This document shows positions 56,893 to 64,000 of a stretch of DNA of 64,000 nucleotides, one piece after another. Origin of the DNA: a virus (taxonomy: Duplodnaviria; Caudoviricetes); the IMG/VR virus record IMGVR_UViG_2529293058_000001, positions 3,835 to 67,834 of that record. One strand, given 5' to 3'. How positions within the stretch are numbered: the first letter of the stretch is position 1; the number at the start of each line of letters is the position of its first letter. A program made the position numbers and the translations under genes. The notes below the pieces were generated by a model. The model made no database searches and was not told the origin of the DNA. It saw only the letters and a list, made by a program, of their open reading frames with translations.

Positions 56893-57450
56893 TTATTCGC
56901 TTTTAAAAAGATTCTTTTCGTTTGCATATCGCATAAACTCCGCCATAGAGTGTATCGAGAGTTTTCGGAACACGTTCTTCCGATGATTCTTTACGGTGTG
57001 GGACGATATAAAAAGCGCTTCCGCAATCTCTTCGTCTTTCTTGCCATAGTAGCAAAGCTCCATCACCCTAAGTTGACTGTCTGAAAGTGTGCTGTTGAAC
57101 TTCGGTTCACAGATTTTCTTGAAGCCATCGCATTCTCCACGCAGCGGACAACCGACAAATTCAAACTTGAAGTTCCAGTTCTCATCGATATCGATCATGT
57201 TGTCATACAGTCCGAAGTTGCATTTGATAAACCTGCGTACAGCCAGGAAATCACGATAGCATTTGTTCCCGTCGTAACGGGCGTAATATTTACGGAGTGC
57301 CGTGTAAGCTTCCGGATAGAACTCTTCCAGCACCTCTAGAAAACGCTGAATAAAGTCGGTATCCGATTCCTTTAACTGGCGCTCCGGCTGTCCCTGTTCT
57401 TTGATGATTACTTCACCGGATGGAGTGGTATAGAATTCTATTGCATGCAT
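56893..57450 (-). CDS. LuxR-HTH transcriptional regulator
   Basis: C-terminal LSDSQLRVM...EEIAEALFISSHTVKNHRKNVFRKL. Confidence 0.85.
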   Translation of the reverse strand: MHAIEFYTTPSGEVIIKEQGQPERQLKESDTDFIQRFLEVLEEFYPEAYTALRKYYARYDGNKCYRDFLAVRRFIKCNFGLYDNMIDIDENWNFKFEFVGCPLRGECDGFKKICEPKFNSTLSDSQLRVMELCYYGKKDEEIAEALFISSHTVKNHRKNVFRKLSIHSMAEFMRYANEKNLFKSE

Positions 57451-57698
57451 GATTCTCCCTCCGGAAAAAGAATTTCTATAGGTGCGCCTAATTCTTTAGA
57501 TATAGCCTTTTTGCAAAGCTTATCGGGGCTGAATGTGCCTCTTAACCAATTGTAAACAGTTTGTTCTGTACGCTCTGTCGCATTAGCAATCCGGCGAACG
57601 AACTCCTGCTTGGGCGTTGGGATTTTATCAAGTGCTTCATACCTGTCTTTGAAAGACAGCTCACTTGCTCCATGACTTTGTAGGGTTAATTTTTCCAT
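57438..57698 (-). CDS. Cro-like HTH protein
   Basis: First gene of the leftward operon; EQTVYNWLRG..SP HTH. Confidence 0.7.
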   Translation of the reverse strand: MEKLTLQSHGASELSFKDRYEALDKIPTPKQEFVRRIANATERTEQTVYNWLRGTFSPDKLCKKAISKELGAPIEILFPEGESCMQ

Positions 57699-57738
57699 TT
57701 TTTACCTCCTTACATTATTATATATATACTAATTTCTT

Positions 57739-57825
57739 TACCTTTGATGTTGTATTAATTATTACAGGTGCAAATATACACTATAATATTTTAGTATATG
57801 TGGTTTTGTGCTAAAATATTATAGT
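57739..57825. promoter_or_regulatory. Divergent promoters with inverted operator pair
   Basis: Rightward TACCTTTG (57739-46); leftward TATATTTG (about 57771-78); ACTATAATATTTTAG (57780-94) and its exact reverse complement (57811-25). Confidence 0.65.
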
Positions 57826-57846
57826 AATTAAGAGTATTTAAGATTT

Positions 57847-58434
57847 ATGACAAATAAGATATCTTTGGCTATTTCTGGACTATCGCTGATTATCAGTCTG
57901 ATTTCTGTATCATGTGTGCTTTTGCGCTGTGAACCAATGACTGTGGATTGGATGGGTGTATTGGTCGGTGTTTTGTCTTTGTTGGTAGCATCTCTTGCGG
58001 TATTTTTTGCGGTTAGTTATTTGACAGTTGAGAAAAGGATAAGGAGTGCTTTTGAATTAAAAATGAAAGAGTCTTTTGAAGACTTTGAAACCAAAACAGT
58101 TAAAGGTATAATTAGTGAACAACATAAGATAATAGACATGCTAAGAGATTATTTTCTTGCAAAGAAAGATCTTAGCTCCTATGTAACATCTCTTATCTAT
58201 AGTTTAGATATGGCGGTTAGAGTTAACCAACAAGATACAATAGATTTAGTTATAGGTTGTCTTATTGATGTATACTCAGAAGTTAATGTGGCTAAAACAT
58301 TGAATATAAAACAACATAATATTGATAAGCTGTTTTTATTACTTGATGATCTATCTGGAAGGAATACTCATATTTTGTTGAGCAAGCTTGAGTTCGTTTA
58401 TGATCGTCCTTGCGGTGATACGCCCAAGACGTAA
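57847..58434 (+). CDS. Two-TM membrane protein upstream of CI
   Basis: Two hydrophobic helices (..VDWMGVLVGVLSLLVASLAVFF) followed by a helical domain. Confidence 0.75.
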   Translation: MTNKISLAISGLSLIISLISVSCVLLRCEPMTVDWMGVLVGVLSLLVASLAVFFAVSYLTVEKRIRSAFELKMKESFEDFETKTVKGIISEQHKIIDMLRDYFLAKKDLSSYVTSLIYSLDMAVRVNQQDTIDLVIGCLIDVYSEVNVAKTLNIKQHNIDKLFLLLDDLSGRNTHILLSKLEFVYDRPCGDTPKT

Positions 58435-58586
58435 TCCATCATTGAAGGACTTGATGTCTTTTTCTATATACTTGTAATATTCATGTAGAAAGATGGTATC
58501 ACAAGCTGTTCTAACTTCTTGTGGAAGTCCAGATGATTGTCTGATATAATCTTTGTTTGTCATAATGGCAAGTATTAAATGTTTTC

Positions 58587-58610
58587 GCAAATATACTAAA
58601 ATATTAAAGT
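58587..58610. promoter_or_regulatory. Third operator copy and leftward promoter next to the CI start
   Basis: GCAAATATAC followed by CTAAAATATTAAAGT (14/15 match to 57811-25). Confidence 0.55.
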
Positions 58611-59312
58611 ATGCAATTATGTAAAGCTGAAATAGTGCAGAAAGCGATAGAGCTGATTTCTAATTCAACCTTATCAAATTATAAGATTGCTAAAGATACG
58701 GGTATAACGGAAGCTTCTATAGGAAATTATAGAAACGGAAATACAAGACCGACTTTGGCGAATGCTAATATCATAATAGATTATTTCAATAAAAAGGAAT
58801 TGGAATTGTCTGGTTCTAACTTAGTTATTAATACCGAAACAGAATATAAAGAAGCTATGGAGAAAGGATTAAAGTTATTGCCAGAGGTTGATTTCAAGTT
58901 CTCAGGCGGAAATGCAGAGTTGTTAGGAAGTACAGACTCTGTAAAGCGATATTGGTATTTACCTGATTGTAAAGATTGCGAAGCAATTGCCCAAGTCGCA
59001 GGTAATTCGATGGCTCCGGCCTATCCATCCGGTTGCTGGATTGCTTTGAAACGTTTCAGCTTTGAGAAAGAGTTCCCTAATCAAATTCCGTTTGGGAATG
59101 TATTCGGAATTGTTGTCGAAGATAAGCAGACCGGAGATTATCATGGTCATATTAAGATCTTGCGTCGCTATAGTGATCCCTCTTTGGCCAAGCGATTTTG
59201 GATAGCCCGGTCTGTAGATCGGGAGAACCATGATGATTTTGATATCGATATTGAACAGGTGCGTGGTTTGTGGATTGTGAAGCAGCATGTGGTTGCGGAT
59301 GTAATATTGTAG
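58611..59312 (+). CDS. cI: CI-like repressor (HTH + S24 peptidase)
   Basis: YKIAKDTGITEASIGNYRNG..RP HTH; AGNSMAP Ser and IKIL Lys. Confidence 0.9.
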   Translation: MQLCKAEIVQKAIELISNSTLSNYKIAKDTGITEASIGNYRNGNTRPTLANANIIIDYFNKKELELSGSNLVINTETEYKEAMEKGLKLLPEVDFKFSGGNAELLGSTDSVKRYWYLPDCKDCEAIAQVAGNSMAPAYPSGCWIALKRFSFEKEFPNQIPFGNVFGIVVEDKQTGDYHGHIKILRRYSDPSLAKRFWIARSVDRENHDDFDIDIEQVRGLWIVKQHVVADVIL

Positions 59313-59406
59313 ACTTATCCTTTCACAAGGAAATAGTAAACATAATAACTGTGATCGCAGAGGTAATATTGCTACGGCGTTGGGGTTGTTTAAATAAAAA
59401 AGAGTT

Positions 59407-60117
59407 ATGGAGATACATCATTATACATCAATTGAGAATTTAGCTCTCATATTGAAAAATAAAACGATACGTTTTACAAGACTTGATAAGGTTGATGATA
59501 GCGAAGAAGCAGGATTATCCTGTAAAAATATCCAACTTAGTTATTATACTTTCGTGTCATGTTGGACCGATAGTGAAGAGGAAAGTATTCCTTTATGGAA
59601 AATGTATGCTGGTAAAGAGATGCACGGAATAAGAATTAGCCTAGATAGTGATATGTTCTTAAAGTATCATATTCCTAGTGGAAGGTTTTATGGAGTTGAT
59701 GTATATTCGAAGAATGAAAAAAGTTCAATACTGCCGATTGAAAAGATAGTAACGAAAGATTACTTAGTAGTTCCTTCATTTAATGATTCGGAAATGTTCT
59801 TTAAGAAAGTATTATATGTGGATAATCCATTTTCTGAAATGAGAGATGTTGTGCAAATACAAGATATGGGAAATGGGGAAGGAGCAATGAAAATGAATCT
59901 AAAAAAGATAGGCTTATATAAACGAAAATGTTGGGCTTTTCAAAAAGAACATCGTTTCACATTGACTATTTTACCTAATATTTGGGGAGATATAGACATA
60001 AACCAGATGCCAAAACGAATTATGCAGGCTGTATATGATAGAATCCCTCCCAAGCTTTCTTTTTTTGATTTAGAAATAAATCCTGAATTATTATCAAAAA
60101 TGAAAATAAACACATAG
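59407..60117 (+). CDS. DUF2971-like protein, probably C-terminally truncated
   Basis: HHYTS..., FVSCWT...ESIPLWKMY...GIRI motifs; ends abruptly at the element junction. Confidence 0.65.
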   Translation: MEIHHYTSIENLALILKNKTIRFTRLDKVDDSEEAGLSCKNIQLSYYTFVSCWTDSEEESIPLWKMYAGKEMHGIRISLDSDMFLKYHIPSGRFYGVDVYSKNEKSSILPIEKIVTKDYLVVPSFNDSEMFFKKVLYVDNPFSEMRDVVQIQDMGNGEGAMKMNLKKIGLYKRKCWAFQKEHRFTLTILPNIWGDIDINQMPKRIMQAVYDRIPPKLSFFDLEINPELLSKMKINT

Positions 60118-60372
60118 CGAAAAAGTAAATTTGGGCAAAGCGTAGCGAATTAGCTGATAGAGCGTTCGTTACGCTTTGTTTTTCTATGGGACAGAGCCAA
60201 CGAAATACCACCTCGAAGCCAAACGGCTCAGAAGTTCAGTTACCACCTCGTTACTCCCGTAACGGGTGCAAATTTCTTGCTAAAAGGTTATTTTTCTGCG
60301 CTTTGCGCTGATTTGCATAGCTGTCGGTAACTCACTAAGAACTAATTTTGTAACCAAAAAAAGGAGTGAGTT

Positions 60373-61605
60373 ATGCGAAGTACATTCAAGGTATTATTTT
60401 ACGTGAAGAAAGGCAGCGAGAAGCCGAACGGCAACCTGCCTCTGATGTGCCGTATCACGGTGGACGGCGAGATTAAACAGTTCAGTTGCAAGATGGACGT
60501 TCCCCCACGCTTGTGGGACGTGAAGAACAGCCGTGCTTCGGGCAAGAGCGTCGAAGCGCAGAGAATCAACCTTGCAGTAGATAAAATCCGTGTGGAGGTA
60601 AACCGCCGCTATCAAGAGTTAATGCAGACGGACGGTTATGTTACCGCCGCCAAACTCAAAGACGCCTATCTCGGTATCGGCGTCAAGCAGGAAACTTTGC
60701 TGAAGCTGTTCGAGCAGCACAACGCCGAGTTCGAGAAGAAAGTCGGGCACAGCAGGGCGCAGGGTACATTTACCCGTTATCGGACGGTCTGCAACCATAT
60801 TCGGGAGTTCCTGCCCCATACCTACAAGCGTGAGGATATTCCATTAAAGGAACTAAACCTCACGTTCATCAACGACTTCGAGTATTTTCTGCGCACGGAG
60901 AAGAAATGCCGCACCAATACCGTGTGGGGCTACATGATTGTGTTGAAACACATCGTTTCCATAGCGAGGAACGACGGGCGTTTGCCCTTTAATCCCTTTG
61001 CGGGATATATCAACTCTCCCGAAAGCGTGGACAGGGGCTACCTCACCCAAACGGAGATACAGACGCTCATGGACGCACCGATGAAGAACGCCACCCACGA
61101 GCTTGTACGGGACTTGTTCGTCTTTTCGGTGTTCACGGGTTTGGCGTATTCGGACGTGAAGAACCTCACCGCCGACCGCCTGCAAACATTCTTCGACGGC
61201 AACCTGTGGATAATCACCCGAAGAAAGAAGACCAACACCGAATCGAACATCCGCCTTTTGGACGTTCCCAAGCGTATCATCGAGAAATACAAGGGGCTGG
61301 CAAGGGACGGTCATGTTTTCCCCGTTCCGAGCAACGGCAGTTGTAACAAGATACTCAAAGATATAGGCAAACAATGCGGCTTCAAGGTGCGTTTGACCTA
61401 CCATGTCGCACGCCACACGAACGCCACGACCGTGCTTCTGTCGCACGGCGTACCCATCGAAACGGTGAGCCGCCTTTTGGGACACACGAACATAAAGACC
61501 ACCCAAATTTACGCCAAAATCACCGCCCAGAAGATAAGCCAAGACATGGAAACCTTGTCGCACAAGTTGGAGGATATGGAGAAGAATATCTGCCGAGCCA
61601 TTTAA
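60373..61605 (+). CDS. intDOT: IntDOT-like tyrosine integrase
   Basis: MRSTFKVLFYVKKGSEKPNG start; GLAYSD (Ser in place of the first Arg), YHVARH and LGH...TQIY. Confidence 0.9.
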   Translation: MRSTFKVLFYVKKGSEKPNGNLPLMCRITVDGEIKQFSCKMDVPPRLWDVKNSRASGKSVEAQRINLAVDKIRVEVNRRYQELMQTDGYVTAAKLKDAYLGIGVKQETLLKLFEQHNAEFEKKVGHSRAQGTFTRYRTVCNHIREFLPHTYKREDIPLKELNLTFINDFEYFLRTEKKCRTNTVWGYMIVLKHIVSIARNDGRLPFNPFAGYINSPESVDRGYLTQTEIQTLMDAPMKNATHELVRDLFVFSVFTGLAYSDVKNLTADRLQTFFDGNLWIITRRKKTNTESNIRLLDVPKRIIEKYKGLARDGHVFPVPSNGSCNKILKDIGKQCGFKVRLTYHVARHTNATTVLLSHGVPIETVSRLLGHTNIKTTQIYAKITAQKISQDMETLSHKLEDMEKNICRAI

Positions 61606-61622
61606 TTAAGAACAGAATACCG

Positions 61623-62015
61623 ATGAAAGAAGAAAGGAACATTATCACGATGGACGGGCAGGGCAATATCTCCCTGCCGAGCGATATAGGCGCAACCGCC
61701 ATGACCGAGCGAGAAATCTGCGAACTGTTCGGGGTTATCGCCCCGACGGTTCGGGCAGGGATAAAGGCACTCTACAAAAGCGGAGTTTTGAGTATATATG
61801 ACATAAAGCGCATTATCCGCATATCGGACAGATACAGCGCGGAGGTTTACAACCTCGAAACGATAGCCGCCCTCGCTTTCCGTATCGAATCGTTCGGGGC
61901 GGCGAAAGTCCGCAGGGCATTATTAGAGAGGATTATACACGGGCGAAAAGAGAAAACGACGGTATTCGTGTCGGTTGTTTCGGACGGCAAGCCCAACAGC
62001 CGTTGGAAAGCATGA
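61623..62015 (+). CDS. CTnDOT orf2-like small DNA-binding protein
   Basis: MTEREICELFGV..PTVRAGIKAL and YNLETIAALAFRI motifs; the track ORF is extended upstream artefactually. Confidence 0.75.
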   Translation: MKEERNIITMDGQGNISLPSDIGATAMTEREICELFGVIAPTVRAGIKALYKSGVLSIYDIKRIIRISDRYSAEVYNLETIAALAFRIESFGAAKVRRALLERIIHGRKEKTTVFVSVVSDGKPNSRWKA

Positions 62016-62017
62016 TG

Positions 62018-62095
62018 ATATACCAAGATATCAACATACCAACATATCAACATGCAAACGTACCAGCATACCAGCATGCAAACATGCAAACCTAT
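62018..62095 (+). repeat. Degenerate 8-bp tandem repeats
   Basis: ATACCAAC / ATATCAAC / ATGCAAAC / ATACCAGC units. Confidence 0.7.
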
Positions 62096-62449
62096 CACTA
62101 TGGTGATATATATTGCAGGTTCAATTCCTCTTTTCAGGGGAAAGCGGAGCAATCATTTCCGTTTACAAAGGCAAAGTAAGCACGGGGCTTTATGTCGGCT
62201 AAAAGGTCAGGCGGCTGCGCCGTTTCCCGATAAATCTTCCTCTCGCTTCGCTGCGAGCGTATTTATCGGGAAAACCTTGTATCCGACCGCCCCGTGCAAA
62301 AGAGCCTTTGAAAACGGAAACGACCGCCCCGCCGCCCACCACCGACCGAAAGGGAAAAATAATAAGGTGGGGTTATACGGGTAAGCAGGCGGCAGGGACA
62401 GCCACCGCCGAAAGGCAGACGGGCAGACGGACGGCACGCCGCAGGGTAT

Positions 62450-62560
62450 TTACGGAGAAAATACCGTAGCTTATTAGGGAATTTTCCGAGCCGCAATACT
62501 ACGTATCGCTGAAAATTCCCCAATAAGGCAAGGGGCAAGCCCCTCTGCACACCCCATCGG
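62450..62560. promoter_or_regulatory. Probable oriT
   Basis: 17-bp inverted repeat with one mismatch (62470-86 / 62511-27) abutting GCTAC on the minus strand, as recalled for the Tn5520-type nick region; directly upstream of mob. Confidence 0.55.
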
Positions 62561-62632
62561 GGACGGCATTTGCCGCCCCCGAAGATACAAAAAAATCATT
62601 GTTTCACAAGCCAAAAAAGAAAGGAAGAATAT

Positions 62633-64000
62633 ATGGGTTTCGTAGTTTTACACATGGAAAAGGCGCACGGCAGCGACAGCGGAACGACCGCACATATCGA
62701 GCGTTTCATCATACCGAAGAACGCCGACCCCACACGCACGCACCTGAACCGCAGGCTCATCGAATACCCCGACGGAGTGAAAGACCGTTCGGCGGCTATA
62801 CAGCGGAGATTGGAAGAAGCTGGGCTGACACGCAAAATCGGAAGCAACCAAGTACGGGCAATCCGCATCAACGTATCGGGAACGCACAAGGACATGAAGC
62901 GGATAGAGGAAGAGGGGCGTTTGGACGAGTGGTGCGCCGACAATCTGAAATACTTCGCCGACACGTTCGGAAAGGAGAACATCGTGGCGGCTCACCTGCA
63001 CAGGGACGAGGAAACGCCGCACATACACGTTACGCTCGTCCCCATCGTCAAGGGAGAGCGTAAGCGCAGGAAAAGGGAGGAACAGACGAAGAAGCGATAC
63101 CGCAAAAAGCCGACCGACACCGTGAGGCTGTGCGCAGACGATATTATGACACGGCTGAAATTGAAGTCCTACCAAGATACCTATGCCGAAGCGATGGCGA
63201 AATACGGGTTGCAAAGGGGCATAGACGGCTCGAAGGCTCGCCACAAGTCCACGCAGCAGTATTATCGGGATATACAGAAACTCTCCGACAACCTCAAAGC
63301 GGAAGTGGTGGATTTGCAGCAGCAGAAAGAAACGGCACGGGAGGAACTAAGACGGGCGAAAAAAGAAATACAGACCGAGAAGCTGAAAGGGGCGGCAACC
63401 ACCGCAGCTACCAACATAGCCGAGAGCGTTGGTTCTCTTTTCGGCAGTAACAAGGTCAAGGCGTTGGAGAGGGAGAACACTGCCCTGCATAGGAAGATAG
63501 CCGACCACGAGGAAACCATCGAAGCCCTGCAAGACAGGATACAGACCATGCAGGCAGACCACAGCCGAGAAATACGGGAAATGCAGCAGAAGCACAGCAG
63601 GGAGATAACAGACAAGGACACAAGGCACAAGCAGGAAATATCGTTTCTGAAAACGGTAATCGCAAAGGCGGCGGCATGGTTTCCCTATTTCCGTGAAATG
63701 CTCCGAATCGAAAACCTTTGCCGCCTTGTGGGATTCGATGAAAGGCAGACCGCAACGCTCGTCAAGGGAAAGCCGTTGGAGTATGCAGGGGAACTCTATT
63801 CGGAAGAACACGGACGGAAATTCACGACCGAAAAGGCAGGGTTTCAAGTCGTGAAAGACCCCACGGACGGGACGAGACTGGTTCTTGCCATTGACCGAAA
63901 GCCCATTGCCGAGTGGTTCAAGGAACAGTTCGACAAGCTAAGGCAGAATATTCGCCGACCTATACAACCGCAAAGGAAAAGCAGAGGAATGAAGATATAA
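62633..64000 (+). CDS. mobV: MobV (Pre/Mob) relaxase
   Basis: MGFVVLHMEK, AHIER and HLHRDEETPHIHV (3H) motifs. Confidence 0.92.
   Translation: MGFVVLHMEKAHGSDSGTTAHIERFIIPKNADPTRTHLNRRLIEYPDGVKDRSAAIQRRLEEAGLTRKIGSNQVRAIRINVSGTHKDMKRIEEEGRLDEWCADNLKYFADTFGKENIVAAHLHRDEETPHIHVTLVPIVKGERKRRKREEQTKKRYRKKPTDTVRLCADDIMTRLKLKSYQDTYAEAMAKYGLQRGIDGSKARHKSTQQYYRDIQKLSDNLKAEVVDLQQQKETAREELRRAKKEIQTEKLKGAATTAATNIAESVGSLFGSNKVKALERENTALHRKIADHEETIEALQDRIQTMQADHSREIREMQQKHSREITDKDTRHKQEISFLKTVIAKAAAWFPYFREMLRIENLCRLVGFDERQTATLVKGKPLEYAGELYSEEHGRKFTTEKAGFQVVKDPTDGTRLVLAIDRKPIAEWFKEQFDKLRQNIRRPIQPQRKSRGMKI

Larger units (their letters stand above)
3236..60110. mobile_element. Temperate prophage (siphovirus-like); right end interrupted by a conjugative/mobilizable element
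   Basis: Integrase, replication, terminase, portal, capsid, tail, tape measure, lysis, recombination and CI/Cro modules are all present. Boundaries are approximate. Confidence 0.95.
60110..64000 (+). mobile_element. CTnDOT-family conjugative/mobilizable element (left part)
   Basis: IntDOT-like integrase, orf2 and MobV; GTAAATTTGG (60126-35) resembles the GTANNTTTGC core; GC content rises. The junction is only localised to about 60105-60140. Confidence 0.85.

Noticed and set aside
49551-60110. Recent inversion explaining the backwards early operon
   Set aside because: No flanking inverted repeats seen. The junction is a clean bidirectional terminator, which fits a native layout, though only comparative genomics can settle it.
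61374-61622. 213-aa ORF overlapping the IntDOT C-terminus
   Set aside because: The upstream part is an alternative-frame extension; the plausible protein starts at ATG 61623.

Overview
Bacteroidales (Parabacteroides-like) chromosome. Bases 1-3045 are the 5' ~3 kb of mfd (minus strand, running off the window, so absent from the ORF track). Next is a ~57 kb temperate siphovirus-type prophage (about 3236-60110). It appears to have integrated after codon 6 of the glycosyltransferase gene that normally diverges from mfd (only MSDSIV-N-stop remains). Gene order: integrase; replication block (beta clamp, PcfK/AcrIIA9-like, PcfJ, initiator with iterons); morons; terminase; portal; MuF; head and tail genes; adhesin cassettes; lysis; then a convergent Cro-led early operon (RecT, exonuclease, SNF2, sigma-like factor) and CI. 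The right end is interrupted by a CTnDOT-family element (IntDOT-like integrase, orf2, oriT, MobV), so attR is not in the window. Most notable are non-coding or sub-ORF-threshold signals: (1) poly-G leader peptides whose stop codons overlap the starts of tail adhesin genes (one in frame, one out), suggesting phase variation by translational coupling; (2) a segment of the early operon complementary to the 5' arms of both hairpins in the replication-operon leader 52 kb away, a candidate toehold-type activator; (3) two C4/CI-like antisense cassettes with different specificity, each followed by a covarying attenuator-like RNA; (4) a MuF C-terminal extension with no immunity ORF but a convergent promoter-hairpin sRNA. 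Family names are from recalled motifs, not database searches.
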